A stretch of DNA of 58,999 nucleotides, from positions 1 to 58,999 of the forward strand of contig JAHJDJ010000372.1 of NCBI GenBank assembly GCA_018812585.1. Reading direction: 5' to 3'. A program made the translations under genes and the position numbers. The stretch's first letter is position 1; every line of letters begins with the position of its first letter. The notes beneath the pieces are model-generated. The model was not told the DNA's origin. It made no database searches and worked only from the letters and a program-made list of their open reading frames with translations. This DNA comes from a bacterium. GTDB taxonomy: Bacteria > Electryoneota > B3-LCP. Below, piece by piece: positions 30,696-40,110 of this stretch.

Positions 30696-32033
30696 TTGAA
30701 CAGTCTAAACCGTTTGATTATCATTGGGGGTAACGCGGCAGGTATGGCCGCTGTAATGCGCGCACGCCGTAATCGCCCCGATATGGATATTACCGTAATT
30801 GAACGGTCCAGCCACATATCAAGCGCAAACTGCTCCATTCCTGACTTCCTGGCCGGCGCCATTGCCTCAAAGGACGATCTGTTTGTACTGACGCCGGAAT
30901 CTGTCCGGGTTGATTATCGAATCAACCTGCTCACGAATCATAACGCCATCGACGTTAACGCAGTAAAGCGTGAAATATCCGTCCAGAATAAAGCAACCTC
31001 CCAAGAGTTTTCACTTCCTTACGACCGCCTGATCCTGGCTACCGGCGCGAGCCCCTTCAAACCGAATTGGCCCAATATTAACTCAAAAGGTGTCTTTGCC
31101 CTTCGCGCTCCGCATGATGCCGACGCGCTCCGCTCATTTATCCAAACACAAAAGCCGCGAAAAATTGTCGTGGTGGGTACGGGCACCATTGCCCAGGTCT
31201 GTGCCGCGGCGCTTCACTCTTATGGTCTGGATATCAAGATGATTGGTTTGACCAGTGGTTTGATGACGGATCTCGAATCAACTATAAGTAAGCGGTTATA
31301 TGATACTCTTGCGAATAACAATATTGACTTATATTTCACAGATAACTTGTACGGCATTAAAGTATCGCTTGATAATAAAGTAATTGGGATTGAAGAGCAC
31401 GGCGATCTTCATCAGTGTGACATGGTTCTATTGGCAATGGGAGTTACACCAAATGTGGATTTAGCCGATAGCGCTAGTATCAGCCTTGGTAAAAACGGTG
31501 CGATCACTGTCGATAAACATTTAAAAACGTCTCGGGAAACCATTTATGCATGTGGTGACTGCGCTGAAACCTTCCATAAGATCACACATAAACCTGTTTA
31601 CTGGCCTTTAGCGACGACGTCAGCGCGCCAGGGCAGACAGGCAGGTGAAAGCGCAAGCGGTGGACAGGGGCAAGATACTGGAACGCTCACGACCCGAATC
31701 TGGACCTGCTTCGATCTACAGGTAGGGAGAACTGGTTTAAGCGTCAAGCAAGCGGAGGAATTCGGTATTAAAGCTTCAAAAGCCGAAATTTCTGTGGATC
31801 GGCAAATGGATATGGCCTTGATTTATGATCAGAACGAGCGTCTTATCGGCGCTCAGATGGCAGGGATGAGAAATGTGCATGCGGCTTTGAACACTTTAGC
31901 CGCCGCAATAGAAGGCAAACTGACACTAAGAGAAATAGAAGGTCTGGATTTGGGATACACGCCGAAACTATCGACGTTATGGGATCCGATACAAATAGCC
32001 GCCAGGCAGGGGAGAAAGCAGAGGAAAAGTTAG
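30696..32033 (+). CDS. FAD-dependent pyridine nucleotide-disulfide oxidoreductase, CoA-disulfide reductase / NADH oxidase family
   Basis: FAD-binding IIIGGNAAGMAA; single redox cysteine in the SSANC motif (cf. SFANC of CoADR); second Rossmann VVVGTGTIA. Confidence 0.75.
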   Translation: MNSLNRLIIIGGNAAGMAAVMRARRNRPDMDITVIERSSHISSANCSIPDFLAGAIASKDDLFVLTPESVRVDYRINLLTNHNAIDVNAVKREISVQNKATSQEFSLPYDRLILATGASPFKPNWPNINSKGVFALRAPHDADALRSFIQTQKPRKIVVVGTGTIAQVCAAALHSYGLDIKMIGLTSGLMTDLESTISKRLYDTLANNNIDLYFTDNLYGIKVSLDNKVIGIEEHGDLHQCDMVLLAMGVTPNVDLADSASISLGKNGAITVDKHLKTSRETIYACGDCAETFHKITHKPVYWPLATTSARQGRQAGESASGGQGQDTGTLTTRIWTCFDLQVGRTGLSVKQAEEFGIKASKAEISVDRQMDMALIYDQNERLIGAQMAGMRNVHAALNTLAAAIEGKLTLREIEGLDLGYTPKLSTLWDPIQIAARQGRKQRKS

Positions 32034-32121
32034 GCTGAACTATTTATACTTCACTTACTTGACATAATATATCTTATGCGACATAGTATATATGAGGGAA
32101 AGGCAGCGGCTCAATTGCTTT

Positions 32122-32898
32122 CTATCCCTCCGGCCACAATAGCGGCATCCAATCGAACAAACCGGTAAAAATATCGACCGTCTCCATGACAAAAGGATTC
32201 ATGCGAATATTCCAGTACAGATTGGGCACGTTTGATAATCCAAAGAAGACTCCTCCCGAAACCACTAAGGTTATCAGGTAAGCGCCGGAAGCTTGCCGCC
32301 AGCGGCGCAGCCGAATCACACCCAGATAGACAAAATAGGATCTGACTTTGGCGTCCTGAAATTCGCGGTCATCCATACGGAATGATTCAATACTCCAAAA
32401 CAGAGCTGTGAACAGCGAAATTATCACGAAGTAAGCCGGCATCATAGAAAAGATATTGAACGGTCCTAAAACGATCAGACTGGTGAGAACGCCCAAAGCC
32501 AGCATGACATTAGTCCCCCGCCTCATCTTCTTAATGATCAATCGGTCAACCCAGTAAGCGCCTGGATAACCCGGCCTGGATATCGTGTGAATATTGCGAA
32601 TCAGCTTGAGGTGCGCTGCCACGTAGATCATCGTTAAGAGACTGATGAATTTATTGCGGTCCAGGTAGATCTTTAATTTTCCCGCTCCCAGAAGGTGTTC
32701 AAGCGCTGCTGTGACGATTAAAAATAAAACGAAAACAAGCAGCCAGAAAAAGAACCCGCGATCTTCGCTGAATTCCACACTCCTCTGAAAGAATTCCACT
32801 ATAAATGCCTTTCTCTTCGGCAGTGGATCTCCACAGGAAGGGCACGTCTGACCTTTGTAGCTCCATTGAATATCGCCTTTGCAGCTCGGACACTTCAT
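32122..32898 (-). CDS. Integral membrane protein with N-terminal zinc-ribbon (CxxC...CxxC)
   Basis: MKCPSCKGDIQWSYKGQTCPSCGD followed by about 6 predicted TM helices. Confidence 0.55.
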   Translation of the reverse strand: MKCPSCKGDIQWSYKGQTCPSCGDPLPKRKAFIVEFFQRSVEFSEDRGFFFWLLVFVLFLIVTAALEHLLGAGKLKIYLDRNKFISLLTMIYVAAHLKLIRNIHTISRPGYPGAYWVDRLIIKKMRRGTNVMLALGVLTSLIVLGPFNIFSMMPAYFVIISLFTALFWSIESFRMDDREFQDAKVRSYFVYLGVIRLRRWRQASGAYLITLVVSGGVFFGLSNVPNLYWNIRMNPFVMETVDIFTGLFDWMPLLWPEG

Positions 32899-33001
32899 GA
32901 TTTCTTACCTTTGTTGCCTTGGTTTTGTGTCTGCAATTCTTCTCTATTTAATTTAGCAATATCAGCGACAAAAGCAAGCGCTTTTTTAAGCAAAGTAAAA
33001 G

Positions 33002-33034
33002 AAAAAGGGACATTCTGCTGTGAATGTCCCTTTT
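33002..33034 (-). terminator. Rho-independent terminator (bidirectional-looking) downstream of the T9SS paralogue A gene
   Basis: GGGACATTC-TGCTGT-GAATGTCCC stem flanked by AAAAA on one side and TTTT on the other. Confidence 0.7.
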
Positions 33035-33054
33035 GAACTCGATGTGTGCGAAGA

Positions 33055-35451
33055 TTACTTCAGGAAGAGCATCTTCTTTTCCATAGCCCGATTATCAGCT
33101 TCGAGGCGATAGATGTACACACCCGATGCCAGATTTGCAGCATTAAAGGTGACGTTGTGTAAACCAGCAGCATAATTGCCGTCCACCAGTGTCGCTACTT
33201 GACGCCCCATCAGATCGAACACAGTGATCTTAGCCATACCAGCTTTTGCCAGCGAGAATTCGATCGTGGTTGAGGGGTTGAACGGGTTCGGTGTATTCTG
33301 GTGCAGAGCGAATTCAGTCGGTTGAGCAGGATTGATTGGATCGCTGACGCCTACAGCCGGTTCAAAGACTGCACGGGCGAAGAACTCATAATCGGATACT
33401 CCAAAGCTGCCGCTGAAGTTGGCGAAGAAGTGTTCCTCACCCAGGACATTTTCATCCCAACCCATGATATGTGGAGTACCGGCAGTATTCAGAACTTCAT
33501 ACCACACCCAGAAATCGTCATTCATTTCCTGGAAGAACGTAATCTGGGAGATATCGAAGGTCTGCCAGTTAGGCGCAACCATCGTTACGTTAGCATCCCA
33601 ATCATCCACTGGAGCGCCAGGCGCAGTCTCCCCGCCTTCATAGATATGAATGCGGATGGTGCCGGTATCCTGGAACAGTGCTTTCAAATACTGACCGTTC
33701 ATCGGATCAACCACACCATCGTCCAGTGGTGTATAACGGACATAGGCGCCCTGACCTGTACTGAAGTTGAAGTAGTAGACGGACGGTTCGTAAGAGTATC
33801 TACGTGTATCATAGCCAAATTCCAGGACGTCTGCTGTGGTAACTTCTACGGTACCTGCATATGACGTATCATTGGAGGTATCTTCATCACTAGCAAGAGC
33901 AGTGTAAACGTCAAGGATGTAGGAACCCGGATTTGGCGTCAGCCAATTCCATTCTTTGGTCACATAGCTAAGGACCGGAATTGAGGCCCAGGGAATTAAC
34001 GGATTAGGAGTTCCCTGATTAATACGCCAGTATGATTGAACCATACCCTGGTCGACGTTGCCGTAGTTGTGCAGTTCGACTGAACACGGGATGTTGTCGA
34101 GATAGGCGCTGGTCGGGAAAGGAACGTTGAATCTTTCCGTGCCTACATCGTTGTCAAACCCAGCGATGAAGACTTCAACGTCGTCGATGTACAAGCCATC
34201 GCCTATACCGCCGTCATCATTGTCATCGGTAATGACACGCCAGCGAAGTTTGACTTCCTGGCCGCCGTATGCAGACAGAGACAGTTGGATGTTGCCGTTA
34301 AACGGATCTCCCGGCTCATACCAGTCCCAACCGAACAGTGCGCCGCCCGGACGGGTGATATCACCGTAATCGTAGAAGACTGCTTCCCAGACGACACCGT
34401 CAGTAGAAACTTCTACGTGATAGTAATCTTCCAGCGAATTATTGCCGTCGCCATCGAAGTCCAGCATGTTGCACCACAGCCAAAAGCGGAATTTGACGTT
34501 CACATCTTCCGGAACTTCGATCCAGGGGCTGACTAAGGCATCAGACAGATTGTAGTGACCCTCGTGATCATTCAGCATCGAATTCGTCGCGCTGTGCGAG
34601 GACTGCGTGGTCATGGTCCAGAAATCCCCTGAAGATTCACCCGTGTCGAAAGTGAAGTCAGACGGGAAAGCGACTCCATCAGCATCGTTGGAGAGCAGAT
34701 TTGTGGCGCCATCATCGATGGAAACGTCATCTACAAAGAAACCCAAAAGCGAGGGATCGTCGATGGTGCAGTATGCTGGATCGCTGCAGAATGCAAAGCG
34801 GATTTTTACATCCGGACGACCTATGGCTGCCGACAGATTGAACTCTGCGTCAACCCATCCACCGGAAGCAGCGCCCCAGCCCGGGATATTAGGACCCATG
34901 CCCCACTCAAAACCAAAACTATACATGCTTGTGCAAGTATATGCAGGGAGTGTCGGCATAATCGGTACCCAGGTCGCTCCACCATTGATTGACGCCCATA
35001 CGTTACATCCATCCCAGCCGTCGTATGGCGCTGGTTCACCACCAGGAGCTTCAACTGCATAGAACATTTTGAAGGTGAGCACTGGATTTGTCACACTGCT
35101 GAAATCCAGGGATGGGGATACTAAATATTGCAGCCAGTGATTATCATAACCGCCCAGCGCTGGATCACCGCACCACCAGGAATTGCCGGCATAAGCGTTG
35201 AAACTGTCAGCATGCCATTGGATACCTGCGGCAGTGACGTCCACAAACGTCCAGTCTCCCTGACCTGACTCAAAGTCCTCAGAGAAAATGACGCTGTCAA
35301 CTTCATCAATGCCCGGATCTGGGATCGCAGGCACTGTTGGATTCTTGACAGCGATTTTGTTGGATACAACATCTCCAGGAGAAGCCGCCCAGGCGCTTAG
35401 CCCTGACAGCAAAACTAAAGAAACGAGGATCCATAGTGATTTCTTAATCAT
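33055..35451 (-). CDS. Secreted multi-module protein of unknown function with T9SS C-terminal sorting domain (paralogue A)
   Basis: GAGGAGG SD 7 nt upstream of the ATG at 35451; signal peptide; two FESG...W...NAYAGNSWWCGD...IDDV jelly-roll/MAM-like modules; C-terminus NTPNPFNPSTTIEF...GVYIYRLEADNRAMEKKMLFLK. Confidence 0.8.
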   Translation of the reverse strand: MIKKSLWILVSLVLLSGLSAWAASPGDVVSNKIAVKNPTVPAIPDPGIDEVDSVIFSEDFESGQGDWTFVDVTAAGIQWHADSFNAYAGNSWWCGDPALGGYDNHWLQYLVSPSLDFSSVTNPVLTFKMFYAVEAPGGEPAPYDGWDGCNVWASINGGATWVPIMPTLPAYTCTSMYSFGFEWGMGPNIPGWGAASGGWVDAEFNLSAAIGRPDVKIRFAFCSDPAYCTIDDPSLLGFFVDDVSIDDGATNLLSNDADGVAFPSDFTFDTGESSGDFWTMTTQSSHSATNSMLNDHEGHYNLSDALVSPWIEVPEDVNVKFRFWLWCNMLDFDGDGNNSLEDYYHVEVSTDGVVWEAVFYDYGDITRPGGALFGWDWYEPGDPFNGNIQLSLSAYGGQEVKLRWRVITDDNDDGGIGDGLYIDDVEVFIAGFDNDVGTERFNVPFPTSAYLDNIPCSVELHNYGNVDQGMVQSYWRINQGTPNPLIPWASIPVLSYVTKEWNWLTPNPGSYILDVYTALASDEDTSNDTSYAGTVEVTTADVLEFGYDTRRYSYEPSVYYFNFSTGQGAYVRYTPLDDGVVDPMNGQYLKALFQDTGTIRIHIYEGGETAPGAPVDDWDANVTMVAPNWQTFDISQITFFQEMNDDFWVWYEVLNTAGTPHIMGWDENVLGEEHFFANFSGSFGVSDYEFFARAVFEPAVGVSDPINPAQPTEFALHQNTPNPFNPSTTIEFSLAKAGMAKITVFDLMGRQVATLVDGNYAAGLHNVTFNAANLASGVYIYRLEADNRAMEKKMLFLK

Positions 35452-35551
35452 TTTCAAACCTCCTCATGGATAGGATATTTAACTTAAGTAGTGTAATTTA
35501 CAAACATCAGATTATTATAGCAAGCAGTAATTGGTTATTTAGTTCATCCTG

Positions 35552-37960
35552 CTATTTCAATAACAGGGCTTTTTGCACCAATGAAAAACCATCTACTTCC
35601 AGCACGATCCAATATATACCACTGGCAAAATGCCCCGTATTCCAAACCAGGGAGTGTCTCCCGGGCAGATAAATATCATCCTGTGACAGGACTTCAATCG
35701 ATCTTCCCAGAAGATCATAGACGGTCAACCTTATCGTCTGCCTCTGAGGGATCACAAAATCAATCCGCGTTGATGAATTGAAAGGATTAGGATAGTTGGG
35801 CAGTAGTTGAGCATAGTCAGGGATGTTGGTAAAATCGAACGGGGCAACTGGCGTGGTCCCTGTCATAACCGCACGAATATTGAAATTGACAATCGTCTCA
35901 TTGGCGTCATGGTCGTTAAATGTGAAAAAATGACCCGCTTGAACGTTATCCTTCAGATGTCCGATGATATGTGGGGCATAATCCTGCTGAATGATTTCAA
36001 ACCAGACCCAGAAGTTCGGATGCCCTCCCGATAGATAAGAGACGTCCGTCAGGTCCATCTCTGCCCAGTTGGGGTACATATCATCTTCGCCAATGGTCAC
36101 CGAAGTGGTATAAACCTCTTCACCCGGTGAATTCTCCTCGCCATCAGCATAAATGTGCAGGTTGAAGGTCCCTTCCGAGTAGAACATTCCTTTTATATAT
36201 TCACCGTCGAGAATGCCCGGGACACCATCATCGGCAGGAGTGAAGTAAACCATCGGGCCGGTGCCCGGCTGGAAATTAAAGGTATAGAAATCAGGGAAAT
36301 AAGTGATCTGACGATGATCATATCCAAATTCGAAAGTCCCGGCCGGAGTGACTTCCACAATACCCGCATACGAAGAATCATTTGACCTGATTGTATCGCC
36401 TTCCAGAGAGGTATAGCCTTTAAAATCATAGACTCCCTCAGCAGGAGGCTGCCACAAGAATGTTCTGGTTATAGTGGCTCCGGCATTCACACTTAACCAT
36501 GGTATAAGAGCTGTTTCAACACCGTTGACTTCCCAGAATAGGGGAACTTGAGATTGATCCTGAATACCGTAATTTACTACGTCGATAAAACACTGAATCT
36601 CTCCCTGACCTGCATAAGTTGGAAACGGGATAATCAGATTTGATGCGCCCACATCATTATCGGGAATGACGAAGGAGGTCAGTTTTACGTCATCTATAAA
36701 TACACCTTCGCCGGTGCCGCCATCGTCGTTATTATCCGTTACCGTTCGGAAGCGCATTTGAACGTCTTCACCCGCCCAAGCGCTCAGGTTCAGCTCATTG
36801 GTTGGCAGATTATCCCAGAAACCTGAGATTCTTTCAACCCATTGCTGCCCTGAACCATCATGCGCCCAATCGTAGGCGATCGGCGTCCAGATAATATCAC
36901 TGACATTTTTAACTTCGATGTAGTAATAATCATCCAGATAATCATCCAGGTCGCCATCCCAATCAGGCATATCGCAGAATACCCAGTAGCTCAGATGAGT
37001 CTGCATCTCATCCGGGATGGAAATCACAGGTGAAACCAGCGCATTTGAAAGGAAATCCTGATCATCACAATTCCAACTGTGCGTCGGACTGTGATAATCA
37101 TCCTGTGTCAGAGCCCAGAAATTGCCGGATGGGCTTCCTGCCTGAGTCGTAAATTCCTGTGGAAATGCAGTACCGTTGGCGTTATTCGAGAGATAGACGT
37201 TTCCCCCATCTCGAACTTCAATATCATCGATGAATAGCCCGATCAAGGATGGATCATCGGTTGTGCAGGTTGCTTCATCACTGGCAAACGCGAACCTGAA
37301 CATGACATTTTGCGTTCTATAAGCAGAAAGATCAAAACTGATCTCGATCCATCCGGCCGAATAACCTGACCAGCCAGGAACGCCAGCGCCCATTTCCCAG
37401 CGCCAACCGAAACTGTATAAGCTTGAATTTGTGTAGGGTGGTGAAGATGGCATCAGTATCTCCCAGGTGTTTCCACTGGTGATAGAAACCCACACATTGC
37501 AGCCGTCCCAGCCATCATAAAACCCCCAGACTTCAGGTAGTTCTATAGCCCAATATTGCTGAAAGGTTAAAATCGGGATTTGCGAGGTGGAAAGGTTAAT
37601 GGCAGGAGTCACAAGATACTGCAGCCAGTTATTATTATATCCCTCTAACAGAGAATCGCCACACCACCAGGAATTCCCGGAATATGCATTAAAATTATCC
37701 TTGTGCCACATGCTGCCCGGGTTGGTTAGATCCACAGTGGCCCAACCTCCGATTCCGGATTCAAAATCCTCTTCGTAGATAGTACTATCATCGACGGATT
37801 CAGTCGAGCGCGGCGACGGTGAGAGAACTCCATCAGCGAATGAGGGGACTTTGATATTCGCAGCTTGAACGTAAGTGAAGAAGCAGACAGAAAGGCAAAC
37901 TAAAAAACTGAAAGCTACTCGCATTGAGTTCTGTTTTTTAACAGGCAGTATGCTTTTCAT
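35552..37960 (-). CDS. Secreted multi-module protein of unknown function with T9SS C-terminal sorting domain (paralogue B)
   Basis: Collinear with paralogue A over most of its length (NAYSGNSWWCGD, YDGWDGCNVW, TDDPSLIGLFIDD, VTDNNDDGGTGEGVFIDDV); C-terminus NYPNPFNSSTRIDF...GIYWIVLEVDGFSLVQKALLLK; start ambiguous (TTG 37987 / ATG 37960 / ATG 37924). Confidence 0.8.
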   Translation of the reverse strand: MKSILPVKKQNSMRVAFSFLVCLSVCFFTYVQAANIKVPSFADGVLSPSPRSTESVDDSTIYEEDFESGIGGWATVDLTNPGSMWHKDNFNAYSGNSWWCGDSLLEGYNNNWLQYLVTPAINLSTSQIPILTFQQYWAIELPEVWGFYDGWDGCNVWVSITSGNTWEILMPSSPPYTNSSLYSFGWRWEMGAGVPGWSGYSAGWIEISFDLSAYRTQNVMFRFAFASDEATCTTDDPSLIGLFIDDIEVRDGGNVYLSNNANGTAFPQEFTTQAGSPSGNFWALTQDDYHSPTHSWNCDDQDFLSNALVSPVISIPDEMQTHLSYWVFCDMPDWDGDLDDYLDDYYYIEVKNVSDIIWTPIAYDWAHDGSGQQWVERISGFWDNLPTNELNLSAWAGEDVQMRFRTVTDNNDDGGTGEGVFIDDVKLTSFVIPDNDVGASNLIIPFPTYAGQGEIQCFIDVVNYGIQDQSQVPLFWEVNGVETALIPWLSVNAGATITRTFLWQPPAEGVYDFKGYTSLEGDTIRSNDSSYAGIVEVTPAGTFEFGYDHRQITYFPDFYTFNFQPGTGPMVYFTPADDGVPGILDGEYIKGMFYSEGTFNLHIYADGEENSPGEEVYTTSVTIGEDDMYPNWAEMDLTDVSYLSGGHPNFWVWFEIIQQDYAPHIIGHLKDNVQAGHFFTFNDHDANETIVNFNIRAVMTGTTPVAPFDFTNIPDYAQLLPNYPNPFNSSTRIDFVIPQRQTIRLTVYDLLGRSIEVLSQDDIYLPGRHSLVWNTGHFASGIYWIVLEVDGFSLVQKALLLK

Positions 37961-38052
37961 GAGTAAACCGTGCAATTCGAAAGTCAAAGATAAATACTTT
38001 TTACTGAAAAAGCAAGCGCATAATTATGCATATTAACCATACCAATTTGAGA

Positions 38053-38439
38053 TCAAACGATTCTACCCACTATAAAGCCAAGAACCATCCCTAATAGAAA
38101 TACGATAGTAAGCACCCGATAGTTTATAATCTCCTTCGTATAACCCGCACGTACTGCTCCAACTGATAAAATGTATCCGATACCATTAATAATCCAGAAG
38201 ACCGGCAGAGAAACGATTTTGATAATCAGGGGGCCTATAAATGGAATCAGTGCGATGAGGGTCATCATACCGGTAAAGGCATTCGTAAAGAACCCAAAGA
38301 TTGCCACCACCGCGCCGATGATCTTCGTGTCAATTCCTAACTCGATACCAACCCAGATCATCAAGCCGATAATAATCCAGAGCAGCAGTATTCGCAGGAT
38401 TATAACGATGTAATTTTCAAAAGATCTTCTGTAGCTCAT
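38053..38439 (-). CDS. Small integral membrane protein (4 predicted TM helices), hypothetical
   Basis: 128 aa, highly hydrophobic; 30 nt downstream of the BMC-H gene on the same strand. Confidence 0.5.
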   Translation of the reverse strand: MSYRRSFENYIVIILRILLLWIIIGLMIWVGIELGIDTKIIGAVVAIFGFFTNAFTGMMTLIALIPFIGPLIIKIVSLPVFWIINGIGYILSVGAVRAGYTKEIINYRVLTIVFLLGMVLGFIVGRIV

Positions 38440-38469
38440 CAGGAGGCAGTTAGAGGTGAATGAAGTTAT

Positions 38470-38958
38470 TTACGGCGGGGAGAACTTTTTCAGTAAGTCT
38501 AGTAGTAGTTCTTTACCCGCGTTAGAAATTTCTCGTCCTGTCAGCGGGAAGTCCTTTGCAGCTCTCGCGAGCGTTCGCAGCTCCTTGACCGTCATTTTTC
38601 CCAGTGATGAGGTTACCTGCTTCTGCGATGGTCTCAGTTTCGGTTTGGGAGATTCCGGGTAGATAATCAGGTCTTCAACTTCGTCGTGCGGACGCGGTAT
38701 AATATGCGTTGATACCAGTTGGCCGACCTTTTCAGCGGCGAGAGCGCCTGCATCGACTGCAGAACGAACCGCTCCGACTTCCCCCACGACCTGGATCAGC
38801 ACCAGCGCGCCCGTAGACAACTTCTTCGGGAGTAATCGGACTTTAGCGGCTTTAACCATCGCGTCAGCCGCCTCTATGGCGCCGATCAAACCTTTCGTCT
38901 CGATCATACCGAGAGCACGTTCTGCCGGAGCTGGTTTTTCCGGTATTTTCAAAGGCAT
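38470..38958 (-). CDS. BMC-H bacterial microcompartment shell protein (Pfam PF00936-type) with about 70-aa C-terminal extension resembling a Rho-N/SAP-like helical motif
   Basis: [26 protein letters not shown]...VGEVGAVRSAVDAGALAAEKVGQLVSTHIIPRPH is the canonical PduA/EutM/CcmK fold signature; the tail reads ...MTVKELRTLARAAKDFPLTGREISNAGKELLLDLLKKF. Confidence 0.85.
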   Translation of the reverse strand: MPLKIPEKPAPAERALGMIETKGLIGAIEAADAMVKAAKVRLLPKKLSTGALVLIQVVGEVGAVRSAVDAGALAAEKVGQLVSTHIIPRPHDEVEDLIIYPESPKPKLRPSQKQVTSSLGKMTVKELRTLARAAKDFPLTGREISNAGKELLLDLLKKFSPP

Positions 38959-38971
38959 GTTAAGACAGCAA

Positions 38972-39289
38972 TTAATCGATGTTTGGATTATCGCGATGTG
39001 GAACGATCATTTCCACTTCCTGATGTGGTCTGGGGATAACATGCACAGAAACCAGCTCGCCAACTTTTTCTGCAGCCGTAGCGCCGGCGTCCGTGGCAGC
39101 CTTCCCCGCGCCCACGTCACCGCGTACGAATACGGTCACGTAACCACCGCCGATCTTCTCCTTGCCGACTAACTGCACCTTAGCAGCTTTAACCATGGCA
39201 TCTGCGGCTTCGATGGCGCCCACCAAACCGCGTGTTTCGATCATTCCCAGAGCTTCTAATGTAACCATCTTCTCCTCAGGCATTCCCAC
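38972..39289 (-). CDS. BMC-H bacterial microcompartment shell protein (PduA/EutM-like hexamer subunit)
   Basis: [78 protein letters not shown], near-identical in pattern to PduA. Confidence 0.9.
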   Translation of the reverse strand: MGMPEEKMVTLEALGMIETRGLVGAIEAADAMVKAAKVQLVGKEKIGGGYVTVFVRGDVGAGKAATDAGATAAEKVGELVSVHVIPRPHQEVEMIVPHRDNPNID

Positions 39290-39456
39290 CTATTTGTAGA
39301 ATCGTATCAATCAGCCTAAAATAGCAAAATTTCCGGTGATTGTCAACGTTTATTTTACCAATCCACCGGTAGATTTTAATGGAAAACATTTGCTTTTGTT
39401 CAAGTAATGATGTATATTTTCGAAGGTTTTATACTTAAATAGAGAGAAAACACACC

Positions 39457-40110
39457 TTGAGTCGGTTATTGCAACAGTTCGATCCCCGCTGGTCGTTCTT
39501 CAGGTCAGTACAAGATGACAGCACGATTTTAGAGCTGGGTTGCGGGCGCGGTGAAAATATTCGCGCCATAGAAGGGTTGAAGACCGGTGTCACCTTTGTG
39601 GGCATCGACCTCCTGGATGAGGAAGATGTTCCGCAAAACATTACTTATCACAAGATAAACCTGGAATCGGAACCTCTCCCCTACCGTGATGCTCATTTCG
39701 ATCACATCCTTTTCGTCCATGTCATCGAACATATCCATGACTTGAAGCTTCTGAGTCAGGAAATCCAGCGTGTGTTGAAGCCCGGAGGTACGGTTTACAT
39801 CGAAACCCCAAATTTCACTTCCATCTTTGTGCCCTCCTTTGGTTACAGAAGAGATCAACGACATCCTTTTAACTTTTTCGATGATCGCGGGCATGTGCGT
39901 CCCTGGACGAAGCAGTCGCTTTATGAGTTCACACGGGAATGCGGCGTAGATGTCATCAAACTGGCCAACACTCGCAATTGGTTGCGTCTGCCGTTCGATA
40001 TTCTCGGCATAATTTACGGCTTGCTTACCGGAAATCGGCCGCGTATTGTGCGTCACTTCTGGAACTTGTACGGCTGGAATATCTATGCGGTCGGAAGGAA
40101 AGTAACTTAG
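39457..40110 (+). CDS. Class I SAM-dependent methyltransferase
   Basis: Motif I ILELGCGRGEN, motif post-I GIDL, motif II LKPGGTVYIE; TTG start. Confidence 0.7.
   Translation: MSRLLQQFDPRWSFFRSVQDDSTILELGCGRGENIRAIEGLKTGVTFVGIDLLDEEDVPQNITYHKINLESEPLPYRDAHFDHILFVHVIEHIHDLKLLSQEIQRVLKPGGTVYIETPNFTSIFVPSFGYRRDQRHPFNFFDDRGHVRPWTKQSLYEFTRECGVDVIKLANTRNWLRLPFDILGIIYGLLTGNRPRIVRHFWNLYGWNIYAVGRKVT

Noticed and set aside
33301-35062. Long antisense ORFs (187 aa at 33301..33864, 151 aa at 34607..35062) inside T9SS paralogue A
   Set aside because: They lie opposite a strongly supported coding gene, have no start context, and their compositions are biased. They are typical shadow ORFs.
33055-35451. HEGHY string in paralogue A as a zinc-metalloprotease motif
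   Set aside because: It is HExH rather than the zincin HExxH, and it is not conserved in paralogue B, so it is likely fortuitous.
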